Source: Marinicella sp. | GTDB taxonomy: Bacteria > Pseudomonadota > Gammaproteobacteria > Xanthomonadales > Marinicellaceae | Length of the DNA: 64,000 nt | Direction of reading: 5' to 3' | Assembly: GCA_965230295.1 (NCBI GenBank) | Contig: OZ246001.1 | Location: forward strand, 2,816,001 to 2,880,000 | Part shown: in pieces, positions 31,167 to 40,252 of the stretch | How the letters are laid out: every line of letters begins with the position of its first letter | Numbering within the stretch: position 1 is the stretch's first letter | Notes under the pieces: generated by a model | The model's input: the letters and a program-made list of their open reading frames with translations, nothing else | The model's database searches: none | What the model was told of the DNA's origin: nothing | Position numbers and translations under genes: made by a program

Positions 31167-33119
31167 TCAGTGTTGTAACTCAGGCAAGTTCTTATACAAG
31201 TCCAAGGCTTCGGGGTTGGCCAGGGCATCGGTGTTGGCGACGGCTTTGCCATGAATCACATCCCTGACTGCGATCTCAACGATTTTTCCGCTGATGGTTT
31301 TGGGAATTTCTGTGACTGCCAGGATTTTGGCAGGCACATGTCTGGGTGTGGTGTTTTTTCTGATGGTTTGACAAATTCTAAGGCGCAAGTCATCATCCAG
31401 GTGATGGCCTGGTTGCATCACCACAAACAGCACGACACGGGTGTCATCTTGCCATTCTTGCCCGACCACAATGGATTCCATGATTTCAGGCAAGGCTTCA
31501 ACTTGTCGATAGATTTCAGCGGTACCAATACGAACACCACCTGGGTTCAGGGTGGTGTCAGAACGGCCATAAATCACCATGCCACCTTGGGCTGTGATTT
31601 CAGCGCGATCAGAATGACACCAAATGTTGTCGTACTTATCGAAATAAGCCGACTTGTATTTGGCATGGTCTTGATCATGCCAAAAATACACCGGCATTGA
31701 AGGGAAGGCTTGATCGCAGGCCAATTCGCCTGGTGCACCGGTAATGCTTTGTCGGTTTTCATCCAAAACCTTGACTGCCATGCCCAACCCCAAGCATTGT
31801 AACTGGCCCGCGTAAACAGGTAAGTTGCTGTTTCCCAGCGCAAAACAAGAACAAATGTCGGTGCCGCCAGATATGGATGACAGGCAGATATCTTGCTTGA
31901 CATCCCGGTATATATATTCAAAACTCTCGGGCATCAGTGGCGAACCGGTAGAAAAGATCGTTTCCAGGGTATTCAGTTGGTGTGATCGTGCTGGCACAAT
32001 ATCCGCTTTTTCAACCGCTGAAATCCACTTGGCGGACGTCCCAAAGTGGGTGATACCATGACGATCAATCAAATCAAACAAACGATGACCATCCGGATAG
32101 AATGGAGAACCATCGTACAAAACCAGACTGGCGCCCGTGCCCAAAGTTGAAACCATCCAGTTCCACATCATCCAGCCACAGGTGGTGAAATAAAACAGTC
32201 GTTTCCCTTCGGCCACGTTGGCATGCAACATCAGTTCTTTTAAGTGTTGTAGCAAGATGCCGCCGGTGCGGTGCACAATACATTTGGGTTTACCAGTGGT
32301 GCCTGATGAGTACAGAATATATAGCGGGTGATCAAATGGCACTGGGGTGAAAACCATGGGCTGTAATGGATCGGCATCTTGCAACCAGGCTTTATAATCC
32401 ATAACACCAGCAATTGATGTTTGATCATGTTCAACAAAATCGATCACCACTGTTTGTTCTATGCTGTCAATCTGGGCCGTGATTTGTTCAACTTTTTCCA
32501 AACACCCATGGGTCTTGCCGTTGTATTCATAGGCATTAACAGTGAACAAGACTTTGGGTTTAATTTGCCCAAAACGATCCACCACCCCATTGATACCAAA
32601 ATCAGGAGAAGTGGATGACCACACGGCGCCTAAGGATGTGGTGGCTAACATCACCACAATGGTTTCGGGTATGTTGGGCAAAAAGCCTGCCACCCGATCA
32701 CCCATGCCCACGCCACAAGAGCGCAGTTGCTGTTGTACTTGTGAGACTTGTTTGATCAGATCGTTGTAGCTTAAGGAGCTTATCTTTTGAGACTCAGATT
32801 CAAACACCAGGGCTTTATCATCTCCTTGGTGTTTCAACAGGTTTTCGGCAAAATTCAAAGTCATGCCATCAAACCATTGGGCTTCGATCATGTGGCCATG
32901 GTCCTGTAAATCAGATTCGGCCTCTTGGTGATAAATCACCCCACAAAAATCAAGCACAGCACGCCAGAATAGGGCCCTGTTTTTGATGGAAAAATCATGC
33001 AGTTGATCGTAGTTGTTGATGTTTAAATCTTCTTGGCGGTTGATCATTTCAGTGAATTGAGTCATTTGGCTGTTGGCCAAAAGGTCTGCAGATGGTTGCC
33101 ATAGCATGCGATCTGACAT
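31167..33119 (-). CDS. Acetoacetate--CoA ligase
   Basis: LWQPS, LNFAENLL, YSSGTTGKPKCIVH, TTCGWMMWNW, SISGGTD, GRSDTTLNPGGVRIG; start moved to MSDRML. Confidence 0.93.
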   Translation of the reverse strand: MSDRMLWQPSADLLANSQMTQFTEMINRQEDLNINNYDQLHDFSIKNRALFWRAVLDFCGVIYHQEAESDLQDHGHMIEAQWFDGMTLNFAENLLKHQGDDKALVFESESQKISSLSYNDLIKQVSQVQQQLRSCGVGMGDRVAGFLPNIPETIVVMLATTSLGAVWSSTSPDFGINGVVDRFGQIKPKVLFTVNAYEYNGKTHGCLEKVEQITAQIDSIEQTVVIDFVEHDQTSIAGVMDYKAWLQDADPLQPMVFTPVPFDHPLYILYSSGTTGKPKCIVHRTGGILLQHLKELMLHANVAEGKRLFYFTTCGWMMWNWMVSTLGTGASLVLYDGSPFYPDGHRLFDLIDRHGITHFGTSAKWISAVEKADIVPARSHQLNTLETIFSTGSPLMPESFEYIYRDVKQDICLSSISGGTDICSCFALGNSNLPVYAGQLQCLGLGMAVKVLDENRQSITGAPGELACDQAFPSMPVYFWHDQDHAKYKSAYFDKYDNIWCHSDRAEITAQGGMVIYGRSDTTLNPGGVRIGTAEIYRQVEALPEIMESIVVGQEWQDDTRVVLFVVMQPGHHLDDDLRLRICQTIRKNTTPRHVPAKILAVTEIPKTISGKIVEIAVRDVIHGKAVANTDALANPEALDLYKNLPELQH

Positions 33120-33393
33120 GGTGAGAATGTTTCCTGGAAAAGGCATTGATTTTAACAAGAAAGTAATTGGGATTTCATGGTAATTACATAACATTTTCTT
33201 ATCGGTTGTGGTTATGAAAGGAATGAACATGTTGTTTTTTGTTTTGTAATTATTTGTATGCAATAATGCAATAATATTTAATAAATATGACAAAAAATCA
33301 TTATTAACATGAAAAAAATCTTTAATTTGAAATAATTATTGCAAATTAAAAAGCTTAATGCTAAATTATAAGCAAGTTAGCAGAATACAAACC

Positions 33394-34227
33394 ATGAAAA
33401 ACGAATTAAAAAAAGTAGCCATTCAGATGTTGGTCCAGATTTTCAGGCCTTTGGTCAGAATACTGTTGAGGTTGAACATGCCGTTCAATGAAGTCAGCGA
33501 TGTTCTGAAATGGACTTATGTAGATGTGGCCAACCAACATTATGGTATCAAAGGGAAAGCCCCAACTAAATCGAGGATTTCTGTCATCACTGGATTATCA
33601 CGCACCCAAGTTGACTTACAAATGAAGTCTAATTTATTTGAAGATGAGACACACCAATATAAATGGAACCGTGCTGTGAGGGTTTTAACCGGTTGGGTGG
33701 AAGACAAAGCATACTTGGATCCACATGGGAAAGCCAAAATCATACCTTTAGATGCGCAGAATGAACCCAGTTTTAAACAATTGGTTGAACAGTATTCAGG
33801 AGGAGCTACTTACAGATCGATCCTTGATGACTTGCTGTTATCAGGCTCCATTAAAGTCAATAACGAACAGGTTGAATTGATCAAACCATACTATTTGACT
33901 GTCAACGACCCAGATGACATTCAAAAAATTAATTTTTTGGGTGTTTCAACCCAGTATCTATTAGAAACCATCGATCACAACATCGATCCAAACAGATCTG
34001 ATCCAAGGTTTCAAAGAATTGTATTTCATGAACATTTACCTAAATCTTTGGAAAATATCGCTGAATCCTTTGTGCGCGATAAAAGCCAACAGTTAGCCAA
34101 TGAAGTTGATGAATACCTCGAACATTTGATTCAGTATGCCAAAGACGATGGTGAAACCATCCCATTTTTAGGACTTGGTTTGTATTACTACCAAGCCGAT
34201 ACTGAATCTAATCCAAGCAAAAATTAA
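33394..34227 (+). CDS. DUF6502-like protein (HTH-containing)
   Basis: RPLVRILLR, SRISVITGLSR..V, RVL..W, SF..LV..YS, TIDHN, RFQR.V patterns; sits upstream of a DUF5666 gene. Confidence 0.7.
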   Translation: MKNELKKVAIQMLVQIFRPLVRILLRLNMPFNEVSDVLKWTYVDVANQHYGIKGKAPTKSRISVITGLSRTQVDLQMKSNLFEDETHQYKWNRAVRVLTGWVEDKAYLDPHGKAKIIPLDAQNEPSFKQLVEQYSGGATYRSILDDLLLSGSIKVNNEQVELIKPYYLTVNDPDDIQKINFLGVSTQYLLETIDHNIDPNRSDPRFQRIVFHEHLPKSLENIAESFVRDKSQQLANEVDEYLEHLIQYAKDDGETIPFLGLGLYYYQADTESNPSKN

Positions 34228-34249
34228 GCACTCTATTGTGGAGAACAAC

Positions 34250-35761
34250 ATGAAACAAATAACCAAACAGAGCAAGTCCATCTTCATTATCTTATTGATC
34301 GGTATCAGTTTTCAACTCATTGCCACTGAGTTAAACAAAGGGCAAGGTGGAACGGGATTGACGATCAACAACATCAGAAATTTTGATATAGATCAGAATA
34401 CTGTCATTAAAGAAGATGGGGTAGAGATCCCCGAAATCAGGGGACAAGGTGGTACAGGATTTAAAATTCGTTATCGCGTTGGCGGTGATGTGAATCCGGA
34501 TGTCACCAATGGCACTTTAGAAGAGATTGATTTGATCAATACACATAAAGGTCCAATCACATCGCTAGACCCATTCAGGATTTTTAATGTCGATGCATTG
34601 ATTACTTCGGATACGTTCTTTGACGATGATTTGGTGTTTGCAGACATTGTCATGGGCGATGAATTGAAGTTAAGTGGTTTTGTTGATAGTAACTCAACTT
34701 TAATAGTAAGTCGGGTAGAAGCCGATAACGACCCATTGGTTGAGTGGAAACTTTCTGGTTTTGTGTCTGCATTGAATGCATCACAATTCAATATACAAAA
34801 CCAAGTTGTGTTGATCGGTGGTGTCTTGCCAGACGACTGTGATTTGGGTCTGGCCGATGGTGATTTTGTAGAAATAAAAGCCACGCCTGATCCTATGTTT
34901 ACTAATGGTTCGCCATTGACAACAGTGACTCAAATTGAATGTAAACCTCAGGGCATCAATACCCTGCCTGGAGATGTCGTTCCTGTGGCATTAGAAGGTT
35001 TGGTTGATTTTGAAGACATTGACAACAGCAGTTCCTTCACCATCGCTGGCCAGACAGTCAACGTAACAGGTACAACCATTTATATCAATGGGGAAATTGA
35101 TGACATTGTTATCGGTGCCAAACTAGAAGTTGAAGGTTTGATGAACACCACCACTTCTGTTATTGAAGCCTTGAAAGTTAAATTCAAAGAAGTGCGATTC
35201 AGGTTTGAAGAACCTGTCCAGCCTGGTGATGTAAATGTCGGTGAATCAATCCAATTGTTTGGTCAAACCATTTTAACGACACCACAGCTTCGAGATGAAG
35301 ACGGGATCATAGGTTCTGGACTGGCAGTGGTAACTCAGGTTGAAGTTCGAGGGTACAGTGACAGCGATGGAAATTTGTATGCAACCAGGGTGAGAGAAAG
35401 GGGCAACCCTGATCCCAATGATGTTAGGGCAGACGGACAAATTACAGCCATCAACGATCCATTCATAGAAGTCAATGGCGTGGTTGTAGATTCATCTTTT
35501 AGCTTATTCTTTGACCTCAATGGTTTGCCAATCAATGCCACTGATTTTTTTAGTCAAGTTGCTGTTGGGACAGAGGTCGAAGTTCAAGATGCGATGGTGG
35601 ATGAGAACACCAACATCATTTCTGGAGGTGCGATCAGTATAGATGAAGCAGATGATTTCAACAGAGTCAATGGGCCAGAAAAAGCAGGTGTCACAGGTGG
35701 CCTGGGTATTGGGACTGTGACCAGTAAAAAAGACACCATCTTTGCCAATTCATTTGAATAA
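34250..35761 (+). CDS. Secreted multi-DUF5666 protein with DTIFANSFE tail
   Basis: RBS GGAGA, signal peptide, repeated G..V.V.G.....A..I OB-like units, two GQGGTG motifs. Confidence 0.78.
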   Translation: MKQITKQSKSIFIILLIGISFQLIATELNKGQGGTGLTINNIRNFDIDQNTVIKEDGVEIPEIRGQGGTGFKIRYRVGGDVNPDVTNGTLEEIDLINTHKGPITSLDPFRIFNVDALITSDTFFDDDLVFADIVMGDELKLSGFVDSNSTLIVSRVEADNDPLVEWKLSGFVSALNASQFNIQNQVVLIGGVLPDDCDLGLADGDFVEIKATPDPMFTNGSPLTTVTQIECKPQGINTLPGDVVPVALEGLVDFEDIDNSSSFTIAGQTVNVTGTTIYINGEIDDIVIGAKLEVEGLMNTTTSVIEALKVKFKEVRFRFEEPVQPGDVNVGESIQLFGQTILTTPQLRDEDGIIGSGLAVVTQVEVRGYSDSDGNLYATRVRERGNPDPNDVRADGQITAINDPFIEVNGVVVDSSFSLFFDLNGLPINATDFFSQVAVGTEVEVQDAMVDENTNIISGGAISIDEADDFNRVNGPEKAGVTGGLGIGTVTSKKDTIFANSFE

Positions 35762-35837
35762 TGGCCTGCCATTAGCCCCTGGGACAATTGGCTCAGGGGC
35801 CATAACCAAGTAAACCATAATCACGCTAATCCACCAC

Positions 35838-36131
35838 ATGAGTTATTCATCAACAATGGTACATCAAGTCGACTTTAGGCACCGGATCATTAAGGTTTCT
35901 ACCGACCGCATCATCAGTGCTTATTTAGATGAATATTTAATCAAAGGCAGGGGTGTTGGAGACGTTATCTGGATCCCTATAAAAGATGTTCAAAAACAAC
36001 ACAGGACCACCATTGTGCATATCGACAATGAGCGTTTATACCCCGTCGGACAATTATGTATTTCCAATTCGATCAGGTTGTTTATCAACCAATGCCATCA
36101 GATCAAAGGTCATAAAGTATGTTTTTACTGA
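35838..36131 (+). CDS. Hypothetical protein
   Basis: 97 aa ORF filling the intergenic gap; weak RBS; no motif recognised. Confidence 0.4.
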   Translation: MSYSSTMVHQVDFRHRIIKVSTDRIISAYLDEYLIKGRGVGDVIWIPIKDVQKQHRTTIVHIDNERLYPVGQLCISNSIRLFINQCHQIKGHKVCFY

Positions 36132-36322
36132 ATTTGATATCAGACACTCTTGAGCTAAATTATAGTCAAATGGTACCAGGTTGGAATCATTTGATTTTAA
36201 CTTAAGTAGTGGCTTTAATCACCTCGCTTAGAGGCTGCTTTACTTAGAGTAGCCATGTGTTAAGTTGTTAAATCTATACCCCTCTTTTGTCTGCACAGGT
36301 ATAATTCAGCCTTTATCTATTT

Positions 36323-38479
36323 ATGGAAGTGAAGGCAATGAATTCATCCAAGGGAGTTTTATTTTTGGCCGTCTTATTGGCGGTTTTTATCAGCGGTTGT
36401 GATAACAAAAGCAGCCATTCTGCTGCAGTTCTTACAGAACGGACATCTTACGAATTAGATGACAACAACACTGCGTGGTTACATCACTATTTACCAGATG
36501 GTGCTGTGGCTTATTTTAATATTCCGACTCCTTGGAACTATTTGTTCGATGCCAAGGCGGATGCCATGCATCCCGTTCAATCATTGGCTGCTCACCAAGA
36601 GCAAGTGGCAAAAATTAAACAAGGTGTTAAAGACAATTATTTTAAATTCATTCCTGTCGATTATCAGGGGTTGGTTTCGCTGTTGGTTGAACACACCAAA
36701 ACTTCTTTAGAGGTGGCTGTGATCAACAATGCACCAACTGCATTGTTGCCAACTTTTGCAGTCGGCACACGGTTGCAAAATATTTCTACCGCTGACTTGG
36801 TGGCCCATTTGACTGCAGTTTTGCAAAAGGTGGATCCCGTTGCCGAGCTACAGTTCCTGGACAAGCAAACCATGTACACGTTCAAAGCAGGCCAGTTTCC
36901 TGCGTTTTTAAAATTTGACGAATCAGATGGCCGAATGTTGGTCTATGGTGGTATGGGTGCCAGTCAGGACAAAATGAATGACTTGTGGAGCAACCCCAAA
37001 GCTGATCAATTAACACAAATAAAAAATTTCAATGTGGCATCTGACCCCAGTGGCTTGAATATGAAAATGTGGCTGGCTGCGGCCAAGTTGTATCAGATGG
37101 GCAAAGCTTTTGTTCCGCCTGCAGAACAAGCCATGATCACCCAGTTTGGATTGGATCAGATGGATTTTATTTGGTTGGGGACTGAATCGAATCAGGGTCA
37201 ATCTGCTTTGGCTTTACATGTGATGATGCCAGAAACCGGCTGGCGCTTGGCGTTACCCAGAGCTGGTGAATGGTTCGATGTGGAAGTGGCAGGTAAGCCA
37301 AGATCGGTGATGCAGTTTACATTGCCAACCTCTGGTCAAGTTAAACAAGCCATTGCCCATTTCAAGTTGGATGAAAAGTTGAGTGACTCTGTTCGAAAAG
37401 ACATGGAAAAGTGGCGTGAGATCAGTGCAGCGGTGGGGTTCGATTTTTATGATTTATTGGATGCTTATTATCAACAAATCATTTATGTGAATGATGAATC
37501 AGGGTCTTGGTTTGCGATGAAAATTAAAGACCAATCTTTGCACAAAAAAATGGAAAGTGGATTCAATGAATATTTCGGCATCAATCCTGAGGCCAAACAG
37601 CTGGAAGGTGTTGACATCATGCAAGCACACTTTTCCCTGTATGCAAAATTATTTGAGAAACAGACAGATAAGCCAGCAGATGCCGCTCAAATTCAACAGT
37701 TTTTAAGTGTGTTCAAAGACCACATGTATTGGTATCAAGATGGCGATGTTTTTTATATGAGCAAAGTGCCACAAATTTTAGCTGTGAAAAAACGACATGC
37801 CAACACCATACAGTTGTCAGATTGGTTGGCGAAAAACCAAGGCGACGATTGGCATTCGGCGATATTCGCTTACGGCAAAGACGTGAAACATTTACCTCAG
37901 GACCTGTATCATTATTACCTTCAGTTATTGCAAGGTTTGGGTGATTTGGTACAGACTGAGGTCGATTTGTTTGCTTTGCCAACAGCTTCTGCTTTGAATT
38001 TACCTGAGTCAGGCCGAATCAATTTGGTGCTCTCATCTGATGCTGAAAAAGTCAGTTTCAGGTTTGGTTATGAGTACTCTTTTCTGGAGCCCATCATGAC
38101 TGCAGAAGGCGGGTTTGCCGCTTTGGCAGTGGTTGGGATCATGGCTGCTTATGCCATTCCGGCTTATCATGATTATGTGATCAGGGCCAAAATTGGTGAA
38201 CAAATGGCTTTGGCCAGTGTCATCAAATACACAGTGGCAGAAGAATACATCACTCAGGGTAATTTTGTCGGCGTACCGGCGGCCGTTGAAATGCCTGCTG
38301 CAAACTTTGATTTTGATGTAGAAACAGGTGTGATCACGATCAACTTAGCAGGCGTTGATTCGAGGTTCAGTGCCGATGATGAAATCTATCTTGAGCCTGT
38401 CTTTGATGAAGAATACCTGGAGTGGTATTGTTACAGCAACATCAAGGAGGCCTATTTGCCAGCCAGTTGCCGCGATTGA
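36323..38479 (+). CDS. Large lipoprotein with a C-terminal type IV pilin-like domain
   Basis: Lipobox FISGC; near the C-terminus AVVGIMAAYAIPAYHDYVIRAK and WYC..NI...YLPASC pilin signatures. Confidence 0.75.
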   Translation: MEVKAMNSSKGVLFLAVLLAVFISGCDNKSSHSAAVLTERTSYELDDNNTAWLHHYLPDGAVAYFNIPTPWNYLFDAKADAMHPVQSLAAHQEQVAKIKQGVKDNYFKFIPVDYQGLVSLLVEHTKTSLEVAVINNAPTALLPTFAVGTRLQNISTADLVAHLTAVLQKVDPVAELQFLDKQTMYTFKAGQFPAFLKFDESDGRMLVYGGMGASQDKMNDLWSNPKADQLTQIKNFNVASDPSGLNMKMWLAAAKLYQMGKAFVPPAEQAMITQFGLDQMDFIWLGTESNQGQSALALHVMMPETGWRLALPRAGEWFDVEVAGKPRSVMQFTLPTSGQVKQAIAHFKLDEKLSDSVRKDMEKWREISAAVGFDFYDLLDAYYQQIIYVNDESGSWFAMKIKDQSLHKKMESGFNEYFGINPEAKQLEGVDIMQAHFSLYAKLFEKQTDKPADAAQIQQFLSVFKDHMYWYQDGDVFYMSKVPQILAVKKRHANTIQLSDWLAKNQGDDWHSAIFAYGKDVKHLPQDLYHYYLQLLQGLGDLVQTEVDLFALPTASALNLPESGRINLVLSSDAEKVSFRFGYEYSFLEPIMTAEGGFAALAVVGIMAAYAIPAYHDYVIRAKIGEQMALASVIKYTVAEEYITQGNFVGVPAAVEMPAANFDFDVETGVITINLAGVDSRFSADDEIYLEPVFDEEYLEWYCYSNIKEAYLPASCRD

Positions 38480-38491
38480 ATCACTCGAATC

Positions 38492-38521
38492 CACTGATGC
38501 TGATATCATTCAGCATCAGTG
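38492..38521. terminator. Hairpin between convergent genes
   Basis: CACTGATGCTGA-TATCAT-TCAGCATCAGTG 12-bp inverted repeat, no clear T-tract. Confidence 0.5.
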
Positions 38522-38533
38522 AATGGGCTCACT

Positions 38534-39097
38534 TTATGGCGTTTTGATGCGCAGCAAAAAAGGTAAATCAAATCTGCTTTCCGTGTCTTCAAAAGGCACC
38601 CAACCTGGCGGGTTGGGTCTGGCATCAAAGAACCCGCCTCCAGCAGGATAGGAATCGCCTACTGGACTGCCAGAGATACCACAAGAACCCGTGGCATTTT
38701 CAAGCACAATGGCATATTGATCTCCGGCATTGACCAGCAAATTGCCAGGTATGCCAAAGTACCTGAATTGGGTGACCAAGTTACTGACCCTGCTGCCTCT
38801 GATTTTTTTGTTGGTAAAAGTCAAACTTCCTGGCTCGCCCAACACCACGTCATTGATTGAAATGTTGAGTCGACCGTCGGCACAACTGATTGGCAAATAA
38901 ACACCCTTCAAGATACCAGTGGTGCTGATGGTGACTGTTTGTGCCAGTTTTTGATCACTGCTGCCACCTATGGCTAAAATGGCACTGTTGTCAATATTGG
39001 GTTGCAATTGATCAATGATTTTTGCTGCTTGACCCGTACCTGAGAATCCAATAGCCAGCCCTCCGGCCATGACCAATGTGTTAACTATTTTTTTCAT
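38534..39097 (-). CDS. Secreted single-domain beta-sandwich protein (resembles domains of PEP-CTERM / choice-of-anchor proteins)
   Basis: RBS AGGAGC before ATG 39097, signal peptide; DQ.Q, LAQT.T, AGDQYAIVL, Y.AG, DL.F pattern. Confidence 0.65.
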   Translation of the reverse strand: MKKIVNTLVMAGGLAIGFSGTGQAAKIIDQLQPNIDNSAILAIGGSSDQKLAQTVTISTTGILKGVYLPISCADGRLNISINDVVLGEPGSLTFTNKKIRGSRVSNLVTQFRYFGIPGNLLVNAGDQYAIVLENATGSCGISGSPVGDSYPAGGGFFDARPNPPGWVPFEDTESRFDLPFLLRIKTP

Positions 39098-39129
39098 AAT
39101 GTGCTCCTGATTATTTTTCAGATGACAAC

Positions 39130-39585
39130 CTGGTTGGGTTGTGTTGTACCTGGAGAACTGTCGGACAGTTCGACTGGCGCAGGTAATGAAAGCATGGTGG
39201 TTTACCTGAAAGGTAATAAGCCTTGCTTGAATACCGTAGCGCGTGCACTCGGTTAGGCAGATCATGTAAGAATGGCGATTTGACAAAGTCAAGAAGCCTT
39301 GATGGAATGATCGATAAGCCGTGAAGCCTTGCTGGTCGCTTCCGCATCCTGCTCACGCGACAGACCTACATCCCTGTAGGCCAGCCAGAGAGTGCAAGCC
39401 CGAAGTAGTAAGCCATGTCCGACGAGGCCGCTTTCACTTTTGTCAGGAATAGACATCCGAAGTGAGCAAACGCGAACTTGAGGTCAAATAAGAGTTAGAA
39501 GATGCTGGTTTTTTTGTGCAACAAAAAAGAAGGCATTTCTAACCATTCTCCAGAATGAAGTCCCAAGGACATTCATTATATAGTT
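39130..39585. repeat. Structured modular non-coding element, copy A
   Basis: Shares at least six modules with 58815-59460 in inverted orientation, e.g. 39250-39324 vs revcomp 59350-59424, 64/75 identical without gaps. Confidence 0.85.
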
Positions 39586-39689
39586 CGCAATGTCGGTTAA
39601 ATTTGTGACATCGGTTGTGCCTGTTTGAATGTTCTTTGGGTACTGCAATCTGTTATTATCATGTCATTGATGACCAAGATAAGGATACT

Positions 39690-40163
39690 GTGAGCACATT
39701 CCTACTCAATGCCAAAGCCAAAGAAAACACACAAAAATGTCTGCTCCGTGGGCTGTATGCAGTGTTGATGTTGGTGATTGGTCTGAATTCTTCTTTCAGC
39801 AAAGATGAGGACCAGAACCAACTCAGTCCAGTGGTTACAGTGACCAAAAACGCCTATCAGGCCTATGCGGTCCGGAAGCTGGTCATTGATGCCATCATGG
39901 CTACCCATGATGTGAGAACTCAATTGGTAGATCAATGGCATGCAAAGGGTCATTATGATGACAAGGCCATCAAAGGATTGATGGCTGGTCAATCGATCGA
40001 CACGGTCACCGGTGTGGTGACGATTGATCTGACAACAGTTTCTGGTGCTTTTCAGGAGGGTGATGTGGTTGCCTTACACCCTGAAAATGAAGCCGGTTTT
40101 TTTACTTGGCAATGTCGCAGCAATGTCAGTTCAAATAAGGTTCCTGGTTCATGTCAAAAATGA
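39690..40163 (+). CDS. Pilin-like protein lacking a canonical prepilin cleavage site
   Basis: RBS AAGGA + GTG; hydrophobic helix; TGVVTIDL...WQCRSNV...VPGSC resembles the C-terminus of 36323-38479. Confidence 0.6.
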   Translation: MSTFLLNAKAKENTQKCLLRGLYAVLMLVIGLNSSFSKDEDQNQLSPVVTVTKNAYQAYAVRKLVIDAIMATHDVRTQLVDQWHAKGHYDDKAIKGLMAGQSIDTVTGVVTIDLTTVSGAFQEGDVVALHPENEAGFFTWQCRSNVSSNKVPGSCQK

Positions 40164-40252
40164 CACACAAAAACACCCTTCTATGTGACTATCAACACTT
40201 ATTTTCATCCCAATACATTTGTTAAGATGATTAACTTTTTTTGAAGGGAGAA

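Noticed and set aside
33120-33293. Extended N-terminus of acetoacetate-CoA ligase
   Set aside because: AT-rich, non-homologous sequence; the family-like sequence begins at MSDRMLWQPS.
39098-39356. N-terminal extension of ORF 38534-39292 and ORF 39111-39356
   Set aside because: RBS and signal peptide place the start at 39097; the upstream frames run through the non-coding element.
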